A DNA stretch of 64,000 nt from Nostoc sp. NMS7 (lineage in GTDB: Bacteria; Cyanobacteriota; Cyanobacteriia; Cyanobacteriales; Nostocaceae): the NCBI RefSeq assembly GCF_017115085.1, contig NZ_JABXKJ010000248.1, forward strand, positions 4,157 through 68,156. The letters are read 5' to 3'. A program made the translations under genes and the position numbers. Positions 19,995-29,545 of this stretch are shown in pieces. The first letter of the stretch is position 1. Every line of letters starts with the position of its first letter. A model generated the notes under the pieces. It was not told the DNA's origin and did no database searches. It saw only the letters and a program-made list of their open reading frames with translations.

Positions 19995-20897
19995 GTGACA
20001 TACGACAACACCATGAAATATCTGGTTGAGCAGTATCCAGAAAATTTTATCCGCTACTTATTAGCATCTGATGCAACAGATATCCAGATTCTCAAAACAG
20101 AATTAAATCAAGAACCAATTCGTGCCGATTCAGTAACCTTTTTGCAAACTGCCAATCAAATACTGTATTTAGAGTTTCAAACCTTGCCAGCCTCGACTCC
20201 ACCCTTACCACTGCGGATGTTGGACTATTGGGTGCGGCTATATCGACAATACAATTGCGATATCGAGCAGGTAGTGATTTTTCTTAAACCGACAACTTCA
20301 GAAGCTGTATTTGTAAATGAATTTACTACCCGCAATACTACCCACCGTTACCGCGTCATCCGAATCTGAGAACAAGATCCAGAACCGTTAATGTTATCTC
20401 CTGGTTTATTACCTCTAGCAACTTTGGCGCGAACAGATTCTCCTCAAAGCTTACTTCAACAGGTAGCAGTTCAGGTGAGTATGATTGAAGAAGCAGCCAC
20501 CAAGCAGAGTATTTCGGTATGTACCCAACTACTGGCAGGGTTGGTATTTGAGCCAGAACTCATTCGTCAGTTTTTGAGGAGAGAAGATATGAGAGAATCT
20601 GCCATTTATCAAGAAATTCTCCAAGAAGGACTTCAAGAAGGGAGAGAACAAGGCATAGAACAAGGCATAGAACAAGGCATAGAACAAGGTATAGAACAAG
20701 GCATAGAACAAGGAAGACAATCAGAACTAAGGCTAGTCATGCGTCTATTAACTCGTCGGCTCGGTTCAATTAATTCTCAGTTACAATTTCGGCTGCAAGA
20801 GTTGTCTCTAGCTCAGTTAGAAAATTTGGGTGAAGTATTACTAGATTTTGCTAGTGAAGCTGATTTAATGAATTGGCTAAACACAATAGAAAGTTAG
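19995..20897 (+). pseudogene. Rpn-family (PD-(D/E)xK, DUF4351 C-terminus) recombination-promoting nuclease/putative transposase, with an in-frame TGA
   Basis: ORFs 19995-20369 and 20391-20897 are in the same frame, separated by a TGA at 20367-20369. That stop aligns with a Trp in the paralog at 52331-53131 (RVIRI*EQDPEP versus EVIQLWEQPTEV). Confidence 0.65.
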
Positions 20898-20905
20898 AGT
20901 TTGTT

Positions 20906-21736
20906 CTAAAGTTTTCGACCAGTTACAAAAAAAGTCAGATTTTCATACCAAGCACCTTGCTCAGTTGCTTCTGCTTCAATTTTTTGATCATACTCTGTTT
21001 TTAATTCTTCGATTTCCTTTGATGAAACCTCTAACAAGGGATTTTCTCTGGGATGAAACCATCCTCCATTCCATGCTCTAGCTTGCTCTAGATTGCGGTA
21101 GAAACCTAGTTGTTGGGTCTTCACTTCAATATCTTTAAAACCAGCTTCTGTAAGCAGATGATGACACTTTTCGGGAGTGCCTGTTGGCTCATTGATATTT
21201 GTCAGTAAAATACCATGTTTGTCACAAATCTCGATTATAAGTGGCGCTCCACAAGATTCTTCAGAGCAACAAGAAAAACCTACAACTCCCCCTGGTTTGA
21301 GAAAACGATACCATTTACGTAGAGCAGCAAGAATATCTTTGAAATACACTATTGCTGTAGAGCAAAGAATTACATCGAAACTATCATCATTGAAGCCGAT
21401 ATACTCAGCATCAGCTTCAAGAAATTCGATATTTTGCAAGCCTAATTCTTCAATTTTCTGTTGTGCTTGAGCTAGCATCCCTGAAGAAAAATCCACCCCA
21501 GTTACTTTTCCTTCAGAGCCAACAATTTGTGCAACGGCAATGGCAATGATACCTGTGCCAGTTGCCATATCCAATACTTTTTGTCCCTTTTGAAGTTGAA
21601 CTAAATCTACTAGAGGTAGAGCACGATGGATTGTGTAATCGTTGTCATAGCTAGTTCTGCTATCAAAGAAATCAATTACTTTTTTCTTATACTGTTGTTC
21701 GTATTCACTATTTTGCATGATATTCTCGATTTTCAC
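20906..21736 (-). CDS. class I SAM-dependent methyltransferase
   Basis: VLDMATGTGIIAIAVA motif I, plus VTGVDFS and FDVILCS. Confidence 0.8.
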   Translation of the reverse strand: MKIENIMQNSEYEQQYKKKVIDFFDSRTSYDNDYTIHRALPLVDLVQLQKGQKVLDMATGTGIIAIAVAQIVGSEGKVTGVDFSSGMLAQAQQKIEELGLQNIEFLEADAEYIGFNDDSFDVILCSTAIVYFKDILAALRKWYRFLKPGGVVGFSCCSEESCGAPLIIEICDKHGILLTNINEPTGTPEKCHHLLTEAGFKDIEVKTQQLGFYRNLEQARAWNGGWFHPRENPLLEVSSKEIEELKTEYDQKIEAEATEQGAWYENLTFFVTGRKL

Positions 21737-21825
21737 TGGTCAATTATGAGAATAAATTGTGAGTGAAACTTCTGTCTTCTGAAAACTTGCTTTCAAAATG
21801 TTTAAATCTTGCAAAATTCCAAAAA

Positions 21826-22722
21826 TTATATGATTTCTCTATATGCTTTGGGTGTGATTCCTATATGCTTACGAAAAAGGGTAGTAAAGTTGCTTTGGCT
21901 AGAACAGCCAACTTGAAGTGCAATTTCGATAATAGGTAATTGAGTATAAGTGAGTAAAAATTTAGCTCGCTCAATCCGGCATTGAATAACGTATTGATGT
22001 GGGGAAAAACCCATTAAACGTTTAAACCAACGACAGAATGAATAAGAACTCATATTCACTAGACTAGCCAGTTCTACCAGCGTTAATTCTAGTGCTATGT
22101 TGTCATAAATATAATCAATTACCTCCCGTAATTGACGCTTGGAAAGATTAACCTCAAATGCAATTAGTTGCCCTGTTCCAGAATAAGTCTTGAGGAGATG
22201 GGCTGCTAGAGCGATCGCAACTGATTCACCATATAGTTTACCAGATGGACATCCGGCTTCAAGCTCTATTTTGAGTGCCATTCCCAGATGAAGAATTTGG
22301 CGATCGCAGACTCCGCGCTGTGGGATAATTTCAATAGTGCGATCGCTCCCAACGATCAGTTCATCTGCTACTCTCTTAAATAGACTCGAATCAAAAGAGA
22401 CTAAGAGAAATTTTATTTCCTGATGCCAACGGGCTTGAGTCGGAATCCCCTTTGGAGTAACATTTACCCAACCTCTCCTCATCTGCGTACTGTGCAACCT
22501 TCCACCGGCTAGTCGCCAGTCTATTTGAGATGAATTACCAAGCCAAATATTAATGCTGTGCTGCTGTAAGCAAAGTTCTGGACATTCAAAGGCGGGTAAA
22601 TGGTGCTGTTCAAGCACAATCCCATTCCAGTGATTAATGCTGGACAAAATAGGAGGTTTGCTGGTCATCGGCACAAGATTTCCGCTTGCCACATGAATGG
22701 CTGAGAGTTGTTCAGATTTCAT
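21826..22722 (-). CDS. AraC family transcriptional regulator
   Basis: C-terminal double HTH (LVELASLVNMSSYSFCRWFK ... IALQVGCSSQSNFTTLFRK) and an N-terminal cupin-like domain. Confidence 0.85.
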   Translation of the reverse strand: MKSEQLSAIHVASGNLVPMTSKPPILSSINHWNGIVLEQHHLPAFECPELCLQQHSINIWLGNSSQIDWRLAGGRLHSTQMRRGWVNVTPKGIPTQARWHQEIKFLLVSFDSSLFKRVADELIVGSDRTIEIIPQRGVCDRQILHLGMALKIELEAGCPSGKLYGESVAIALAAHLLKTYSGTGQLIAFEVNLSKRQLREVIDYIYDNIALELTLVELASLVNMSSYSFCRWFKRLMGFSPHQYVIQCRIERAKFLLTYTQLPIIEIALQVGCSSQSNFTTLFRKHIGITPKAYREII

Positions 22723-22942
22723 GTTGCCTAATAACTTGTGAGCTACTACAAAAAATATAGTAAGCTAATGCGTGACAAAATTACACTATTAATTTATTTT
22801 CGCTAGCGCTAGCAAATGACCCTATTTATTCAGTCAATTCACTTAAAACAATCATTTGTTCCCCAGCGTACCTCTGCGCTTCCCTCAGCGTGCCTCTGCG
22901 TTTAAAAAAATAAAAAAGGTGGAGATTACCCACCCTACAAAT

Positions 22943-24124
22943 TTATCCTTTCACACAAAGAACTTGCTTAAGTGTTGCTACAACCTCAACCAAATCAGCT
23001 TGATTTTTCATAACTTGTTCTATCGGCTTATAAGCACCAGGAATTTCATCTAACACACCCTCATCTTTGCGGCATTCTACGCCTTGAGTTTGCTCAATCA
23101 AATCATCAAGTGTGTAGACATTTTTTGCCTTATTTCTAGACATCAAACGCCCTGCACCGTGGGAACAAGAACAGAAACTCTGGGCATTACCTTTACCCTT
23201 AACGATGAAAGACTTTGCCCCCATCGAACCAGGAATAATCCCATAATCTTCAGTCTGGGCGCGGACTGCACCTTTACGAGTAACGTATACATCCTCGTCA
23301 AAATGCACTTCTTTTTCGGCGTAATTGTGATGACAATTAACCTGCAATAAAGGTTTAGTTGCCTTTCCACCTGCTAAATGCTTCTCAACTATATGCTTAA
23401 AACGCGCCATCATCACATCGCGGTTGACACGCGCATAGTTTTGTGACCATTGCAAATCGTGCCAGTATGCTTGGAATTCTGGCGTACCAGCGACAAAGTG
23501 AGCCAAATCAGGGTCAGATAATTTATTACCTGCCATTTTTGCTAATTCTCTGGCTGTGTGAATATGACATTGGGCTAGTTTATTGCCGATGTTGCGCGAA
23601 CCAGAATGCAGCATCAGCCAAACTTGATTCTCTGTATCAAGGCACACTTCAATAAAGTGGTTTCCTCCACCGAGGGAACCCATCTGTTTCATCGCTTTAG
23701 TTTGTAGGTCTTGCACTCCGCGATGCAAGTCTTTAAAATCATCCCAGTGTTGCCAGTTGGTGACAGATTTTTCAACGTCTTTGTTTTCGTTAAATCCAGT
23801 AGGAATTGCTGCTTCAATATCCAGGCGGATTTTCTTCAGTTTACCTTCTAGTTGTTCGGCGGTAAATGATGTTTTGATAGCGCTCATACCACAACCAATA
23901 TCCACACCAACAGCAGCCGGTATAATTGCCTGTTTGGTCGCAATTACAGAACCCACTAAGGCACCTTTTCCTAGGTGAACATCTGGCATCAAGGCTATGT
24001 GCTTAAACACAAATGGTAGCGATGCCATATTCTTTGCCATCTTGGTTTCTTCTGACCCCAAAGAGTGATTTGCCCAAGAGAAGACGGGTGTTGGTGTGGT
24101 AATTTCTAACTTTTCGTAGGGCAT
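22943..24124 (-). CDS. rtcB: RNA ligase RtcB
   Basis: GVDIGCGM, GGGNHFIEV, HSGSRNIG, CHHNYA, GSMG and SCSHGAGR blocks. The start is taken at MPYEKLEI; the ORF is open back to 24178. Confidence 0.9.
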   Translation of the reverse strand: MPYEKLEITTPTPVFSWANHSLGSEETKMAKNMASLPFVFKHIALMPDVHLGKGALVGSVIATKQAIIPAAVGVDIGCGMSAIKTSFTAEQLEGKLKKIRLDIEAAIPTGFNENKDVEKSVTNWQHWDDFKDLHRGVQDLQTKAMKQMGSLGGGNHFIEVCLDTENQVWLMLHSGSRNIGNKLAQCHIHTARELAKMAGNKLSDPDLAHFVAGTPEFQAYWHDLQWSQNYARVNRDVMMARFKHIVEKHLAGGKATKPLLQVNCHHNYAEKEVHFDEDVYVTRKGAVRAQTEDYGIIPGSMGAKSFIVKGKGNAQSFCSCSHGAGRLMSRNKAKNVYTLDDLIEQTQGVECRKDEGVLDEIPGAYKPIEQVMKNQADLVEVVATLKQVLCVKG

Positions 24125-24817
24125 AATCTTTTCTATTTTGGATTTTAGACTTCGACTTCTCTCCGAGAGGCTACGCAAACGCTCAGTCGAACGATTTTAG
24201 ATTTCAGATTTGGTATATGACATTGATAATTATCACTATGATTTATAAACCATTACCTAGTTAGTTGTAGCAATTTAAATGTTATATTGTCTTTCATTTG
24301 GCTGACTCAATTTTTGGGAGCATCTCAATGAGTGTAGAAAGCCTAAACCTCACCCCAGCCCTCTCCGTGAGTTCGGAGAGGGAGCAGGAATCTTCTTTCT
24401 CCTATGGTGTAGTGTATTTGCTTTCACTGAGATGCTCCCCAATTTTTGTAAAGCTGAAGAACTACTTTTAGGAGTAATTTTTGCACACTACAAATGTAAC
24501 AAAATAAATTACAAACGTCAAGCCGATGGCCACGGCAATCAGGTATGATTACCACAACTACTAATCAGGATGTCGTTGCCTAAGTTCGCGTCAAGTGAGT
24601 ATGCTGCTGGTAGCGTGGAAGCGAAGATGGATGCAGTCGGATTTGAAGCTGTGCGATGTCTACGACGGGCGTAGCTGCCGCAAGATATATGATCGATAAA
24701 TCAGGTAACTAGTGCCGTTAAACCGATCACAACCGAAAATGTTCGCCAGTATGCTCCCACATCAATAGATAATAATGATTTGGAGGAACTTGGATCTCCA
24801 GTATTTGGCATAATGGC

Positions 24818-25546
24818 ATGAGTTTAAAGGCAGTTCTCTTTGATTTTAATGGTGTGATCATTAACGATGAGCCAATCCACCTGCAACTGATAGATGAGAT
24901 TCTCATTCAAGAAAATCTCCAACCCCAACGGGTGAGTGAGCGTCAAGCTTCTCTTGGACGCAGCGATCGCGCTTGTTTTGGGCAATTACTCGCTAATCGT
25001 GGTAGAGTAGCTGAGGAAAACTATTTAAGTCAGTTGCTTTACCGCAAAGCCCAAGCTTATACGGTCGAACTAGAGAAAATCGAGAAACTGCCTTTATATC
25101 CAGGCGTAGAAGATTTAATATTTCAAGTGCGATCGCGTCATCTGAAACTAGGATTAGTTAGTGGCGCGATTCGCAAAGAAATAGAATTGGTACTCCATCG
25201 CGCTAAACTAGCGGAACATTTTCAAATTATCGTCGCGGGTGATGACATCACCACCAGTAAACCAGAACCCGATGGTTATCTATTGGCAGTAAAACGCCTG
25301 AATCAAGAATATCCCGAATTGAATCTTCAACCATACGAGTGTTTGGCAATTGAAGATACCCCAGCAGGTATTGAAGCGGCGAAGCGATCGCAAATGCAAG
25401 TTGTGGGTGTAGCGAATACATACCCATTCCACATGCTTCAGCGTTGCTGTAACTGGACTGTTGATTATCTCAGTGATTTGGAACTCGAACGCGTACAGAA
25501 GGTTTATTCTCAAAAACAGCCTCAGCAATCGGTAACTGAATGTTAG
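24818..25546 (+). CDS. HAD-superfamily hydrolase (beta-phosphoglucomutase-like subfamily IA)
   Basis: N-terminal AVLFDFNGVII, plus SGAIRKE and LAIEDTPAGIEAAK motifs. Confidence 0.8.
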   Translation: MSLKAVLFDFNGVIINDEPIHLQLIDEILIQENLQPQRVSERQASLGRSDRACFGQLLANRGRVAEENYLSQLLYRKAQAYTVELEKIEKLPLYPGVEDLIFQVRSRHLKLGLVSGAIRKEIELVLHRAKLAEHFQIIVAGDDITTSKPEPDGYLLAVKRLNQEYPELNLQPYECLAIEDTPAGIEAAKRSQMQVVGVANTYPFHMLQRCCNWTVDYLSDLELERVQKVYSQKQPQQSVTEC

Positions 25547-25611
25547 AATAATCTATGGTGATAATGTATTGAGTTAATGAGTGATATTACTCTGGACTCA
25601 TCGCCGATTAA

Positions 25612-25684
25612 GGGGAATTAGCTCAGTTGGTAGAGTGCTGCGATCGCACCGCAGAGGCCATCGGTTCAAATCCGTTATTCTCCA
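25612..25684 (+). tRNA. tRNA-Ala (anticodon CGC)
   Basis: Manual cloverleaf: acceptor GGGGAAT/ATTCTCC with a G3:U70 pair, anticodon arm CTGCG-ATCGCAC-CGCAG, and T-loop TTCAAAT. One U-U mismatch in the T stem. Length 73 nt. Confidence 0.85.
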
Positions 25685-25687
25685 TCT

Positions 25688-25844
25688 TGTACATTAAATA
25701 ATTATTGTCACTTTTAAAGAATTAATGTCCATTTTTTCCAAGTTCAGGGGCATAAGTTACGTAGTTTCGCGGCTTTCAGCAATTAAATCGGTTTTAAAGA
25801 ATTATTGTCCAGAGTTGAAACCAGTTTTAAAGAATTATTGTCCA
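25688..25844 (+). repeat. tRNA/CRISPR-proximal transposon end with four TnsB-type ~20-bp repeats
   Basis: Copies of the motif TTTTAAAGAATTATTGTCCA lie at 25692-25711 (terminal), 25712-25731, 25792-25811 and 25825-25844, all in direct orientation. Confidence 0.75.
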
Positions 25845-26033
25845 AAATCAGCCTGTAAAACTCGGCTAAATATATGTTTTCTAATTTAATTGATTACAGT
25901 AAGCCCAAGGCTCTTAAATTACAAGAGTAGCTTTAAAGCTCTTTATTTGCAGTCTAATTACAAAAATATACTACCTCTTGTTTTGCTGTTTCCACCCAAG
26001 AAGAGGCTCCAATAATATATAGCTGCGTTTTAC

Positions 26034-26063
26034 GTGCGATCGCAGCACTCCTTTCAAACCACC
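26034..26063 (-). ncRNA. delocalised short crRNA (truncated repeat + 17-nt homing spacer against tRNA-Ala)
   Basis: 26051-26063 matches the repeat 3' part at 12/13 positions. 26034-26050 is the exact reverse complement of tRNA positions 25633-25649. Confidence 0.7.
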
Positions 26064-26098
26064 CTAATACAGAATTATATAGCCAAAGTGCCATAAAA

Positions 26099-26645
26099 CT
26101 TTCTGCCTACCACCTAAAGGAGGGCTTTGGAAACCCCACACTCCCCTTTGCAGGTAAGACGTAAGACAACTTTAATTCCTTTCAACCCACCACCTAGCGG
26201 AAGGGCTTTAGAAACGAAATTCTCCAAAGCGCCAACTCCAATCCTCATCAGCTTTCAACCCACCACCTAGCGGGAGGGCTTTAGAAACGTTGCTGAAAGT
26301 TATCTTTTAATGGAGACTCGCCTTTCAACCCACCACCTAGCGGGAGGGCTTTAGAAACACCAATTAATCAGGTAGTTGGGGAGACGTTGGCTACTTTCAA
26401 CCCACCACCTAGCGGGAGGGCTTTAGAAACCTATCGTCGGGGTTCATAACGCTGGTTCAGTCAACTTTCAACCCACCACCTAGCGGGAGGGCTTTAGAAA
26501 CCCTGGAGTCGTTGAGTCGTTTTTTGTTACCCGCATCTTTCAACCCACCACCTAGCGGGAGGGCTTTAGAAACACGAATTAACCAGCAGGGCTTGCCTGT
26601 ATCAGAGACTTTCAACCCACCACCTAGCGGGAGGGCTTTAGAAAC
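26099..26645 (-). CRISPR. type V-K CRISPR array, 8 repeats / 7 spacers, transcribed on the minus strand
   Basis: The 37-bp repeat (minus sense) is GTTTCTAAAGCCCTCCCGCTAGGTGGTGGGTTGAAAG. Copies start at 26609, 26537, 26465, 26394, 26322, 26252, 26179 (1 mismatch) and 26099 (degenerate terminal copy). Spacers are 33-44 bp. Confidence 0.95.
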
Positions 26646-26789
26646 CCCACCCACGAAAACTCGTGCCAACAATGGTTTTTGAAGGCAAATTTGACAAGCC
26701 TTCTTTAATTCCTATTTTCTACAGCCAATGAATAAAATTTTATTCATGACTGAAACAGTAATACCCAGTGCAGACAAGAGTTTTGGACG

Positions 26790-27268
26790 ATTGGCAGCAC
26801 CCCAGGGATTTTGACCCCGCTTTGGCTTGCCAAAAATAAAAATTAGGGGGTGGTAGTTCGGTAGCCACCGTGACGGTATACCCGTACCCTTACTTTGTTG
26901 TAAAGTAAGAGGTAATGATCCTCCTCGTAAAACCAAAATCTAAGATTTCAGTAGTACAGGCCGCTCTGGCACCCAACACCAAGCTAAAAGAGTTTGATGT
27001 CAAGAGCTAAGGTTCTGGGCTGTTTGGAACCCTAACACCTTATACTTCCCATGCGTCTCGGTGCGAGTACTTTCTCATCTAACAGCAGTATTAGCTTACC
27101 CAAGCAATTACCACTAACAAACACTTAGATGATCGCACAGGTAGAGTTGGCAGCTACCAGGGCCAGAAAGAATACGCTTTTTAAGCGTTAAACTAACCCA
27201 TTCTTACAGTATTTACATAAAGGGGTCATACTGTCGCATCATTAATAGATGGCACCGATTTAATACAC
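26790..27268 (-). ncRNA. tracrRNA region (boundaries approximate)
   Basis: It lies between the cas12k stop and the array. The minus-strand blocks GGGTTAGTTTAACGC..CTTTCTGGCCCTGGTAGCTGCC (27149-27199) and GGTGGCTACCGAACTACCACCCCC (26846-26869) resemble conserved ShCAST tracrRNA blocks as I recall them. Confidence 0.6.
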
Positions 27269-27296
27269 CAAAATATAGAATATTGAGGTAGAAATT

Positions 27297-29384
27297 TTAT
27301 CTACCTAAAGTATTAATTCTGCATTGGTAAGCGTAAAATGCTAAATCTCTTGCTTGTTCTTCCAGAGTGCCATAATGAGGTTGGATACCATATTCAATAC
27401 TAATTTTAAATTCAGCAGCTTTCGACTTTATGGATTCTTGAAGTCTGTTGTAACTCCAATTGTGTATCTGACGGTTATATTCTTTTACGTATAATTTTTG
27501 ACCATTTACATCACCTGAAATTTTAGTCTCAGCTTTGGCTTGAATTGCACTGGTGCGAATTTCCCTTATATCTTTTAATCTAGGTAGTACAATACAACCT
27601 GCCTGATAAGACTTAGCGATTTCTACTATTCTCTTTGCTAGTAATTTTTCAATGTATTCACCTAGTTTCGATTCGCCTATATTACATGGTGAATCTTTTT
27701 TTTGAGCTTTTTTTCTCTCTATACTTAAATGTACTTGTTGCCGTCGTCTGCGGCTTAACAGGTGAAAAGCATCGCCTAGTAACTGTTTGACTGTATTACA
27801 GGCAAGTACTTTTTTAGTATTTATATCAACTATGGCAACCGTCGCTAACTCAACAGGATGAAAACTGATACCAACAATTATATTAGATTGACCTCGATAA
27901 ACTAGCTTACTAGGACGAGCAAATGAATTCTTAAGCCGAGATAATGAAGATTTATCTTTATTCAGTTGTATTTGTTGATTGTTCTCTAACTTTTTATTTT
28001 CTTCTGCTTTACTTAATCGTTTTTGTGCCTTGTCAGTCTTTTTATTTTCTTCTGCTTTACTTACTCCTTTTTGCGCCTTATCAGTCTTTTCTTTTCTCAC
28101 TTCTTCAGTACCCTCTGCTGTCCATAAACGAGCATCATAGGTACAATGCAGAGCTAATTTATGAACTTTCCACGGGTCACCCTTGCCTTCACATTGTTGC
28201 CATAGCAACTGTGCAGAACGTAGTGTAATTAAACTTCCTGAAAGTTTTTCTTCACTTTTCTCGCTTTTTTTAAAAGCTTTGTGGTCTTCTAGAAAGCGTT
28301 CAAAAAAATGACGTTGGCGTTTATTACAACAAATTTTAAAGTGATATTCACTCCAACCATTGAAGTAAACAACAATATTGCCCTCATTGTTTTTATACCA
28401 AGTTAAATCACCGTATAGATAATCTATAGGGTATGGTAAATGTGATATTTTCCTCGATAAATTAGCTATCCAGTCTTCCCACTCTTTATTATCTTTAGGT
28501 ACTTGATTCATTAAGTTGTCAAATGCTTCACTATATCTTTCTCCTGTTATATCTCTACCACTAGGTAATCGATTATCTTGAATTTGATTCTCTAGACGTT
28601 TTATCTCTACTTTTTTCTCATTACGACGCTTTTTTAGTTTTTGAACATCCTCCTCTACTTCACTAATTTTATTATGATTTTTTATCAGGTAAGCTACTGC
28701 ACATCGGGTTAGAATATCCTGTGTTTGTTTATGGATTTTATATAAAACATTAGTTAATGTTTCTAATTTATTTTCATCTACATTGTTTGGAGAACTAGAA
28801 TCTTCCCTTTGTTCTGCATTGGTACTTTTATTATAAATATTTCTGTTAACTCTTTTTCTAGCTGACTTGGTTTGTTTTACATCTTCATCATTAATAGTAA
28901 GTTGTTTTAGAAATTTTTCTGGTTGAGTAAGTACTTCTTGTGCTTTAGAACGTATTGTCTGTAAATCACAGTTACTTTCACCTACAAGTTCAACATCACT
29001 TTTAAGTATATTTTGGAGAAAGTATTCTTTACCCTCTTTCTGCCTTTTTCGTTTCTGATATAAAGTAAGCCATGAAGAATAAACCTCTTTTACAAAAGAC
29101 TCTGCTGATGAGCGAAGACGGCCTGATTGTTCTTCAATTTCAGGATTTTTTGTGACAATTTTACGTAATTCTACGATTTCTTTCTTAGTTATTTCTCCCT
29201 TTTCTTTATTAGCTTCAAATTCTGGTTGTTCGTTTACACTCTTTAACAATTGAACAATCAGAGGAGTATTTTTTTGAGTCATTTCTTCCCATACTTGGCG
29301 AAGTATATTTTCACTAGCATCTAAATGGCATCGTATGGTTCTATAGACTGAAATCGTGGATTTCTTCTTACGATCGCTACTCAT
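27297..29384 (-). CDS. cas12k: Cas12k (type V-K effector, nuclease-dead)
   Basis: 695 aa, collinear with ShCas12k as I recall it (YFNGWSEYHFKICCNKRQRHFFERFLED, LWTAEGTEEVRKEK, NSFARPSKLVYRGQSNIIVGISF, QLLGDAFHLLSRRRRQQ, IHNWSYNRLQESIKSKAAE). The RuvC-I position reads GISFH, with no Asp. Confidence 0.9.
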   Translation of the reverse strand: MSSDRKKKSTISVYRTIRCHLDASENILRQVWEEMTQKNTPLIVQLLKSVNEQPEFEANKEKGEITKKEIVELRKIVTKNPEIEEQSGRLRSSAESFVKEVYSSWLTLYQKRKRQKEGKEYFLQNILKSDVELVGESNCDLQTIRSKAQEVLTQPEKFLKQLTINDEDVKQTKSARKRVNRNIYNKSTNAEQREDSSSPNNVDENKLETLTNVLYKIHKQTQDILTRCAVAYLIKNHNKISEVEEDVQKLKKRRNEKKVEIKRLENQIQDNRLPSGRDITGERYSEAFDNLMNQVPKDNKEWEDWIANLSRKISHLPYPIDYLYGDLTWYKNNEGNIVVYFNGWSEYHFKICCNKRQRHFFERFLEDHKAFKKSEKSEEKLSGSLITLRSAQLLWQQCEGKGDPWKVHKLALHCTYDARLWTAEGTEEVRKEKTDKAQKGVSKAEENKKTDKAQKRLSKAEENKKLENNQQIQLNKDKSSLSRLKNSFARPSKLVYRGQSNIIVGISFHPVELATVAIVDINTKKVLACNTVKQLLGDAFHLLSRRRRQQVHLSIERKKAQKKDSPCNIGESKLGEYIEKLLAKRIVEIAKSYQAGCIVLPRLKDIREIRTSAIQAKAETKISGDVNGQKLYVKEYNRQIHNWSYNRLQESIKSKAAEFKISIEYGIQPHYGTLEEQARDLAFYAYQCRINTLGR

Positions 29385-29545
29385 GGTGACAACATCTCCA
29401 CCGAATCAATAATTTTTTTTTGTTTGTGTAATTTAGAACTAACTACTTATTCGTCTTCGCCAGATAACGATCGCCACTTGACCTGATCGCCATCCAAAAA
29501 CCTCGGTATTATCGCACTTGTTCAGTAATGGTTTTAATCTACCAT

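Noticed and set aside
22902-22936. Intrinsic terminator for rtcB (ggtgg-n7-ccacc followed by a T-run on the minus strand)
   Set aside because: The stem is only 5-6 bp, which is too weak to call with confidence.
24181-24817. 640-bp rtcB / HAD divergent intergenic region as a possible structured ncRNA
   Set aside because: It contains a MITE-like inverted repeat (24311-24445) and a dispersed 15-mer also present at 9238 (gatgtctacgacggg). I could not fold or recognise any known RNA family by eye.
25985-26012. Possible second delocalised guide (cttgggtggaaa followed by cagcaaaacaagagg on the minus strand)
   Set aside because: The resemblance to the repeat 3' end is limited to GGGTGG, the TTGAAAG end is absent, and no target was found in the window.
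26457-26936. ORFs 26457-26672 (SKALPLGGGLK repeated) and 26712-26936 on the minus strand
   Set aside because: The first is simply the translation of the CRISPR repeats. The second lies inside the tracrRNA region. Neither has coding-like context.
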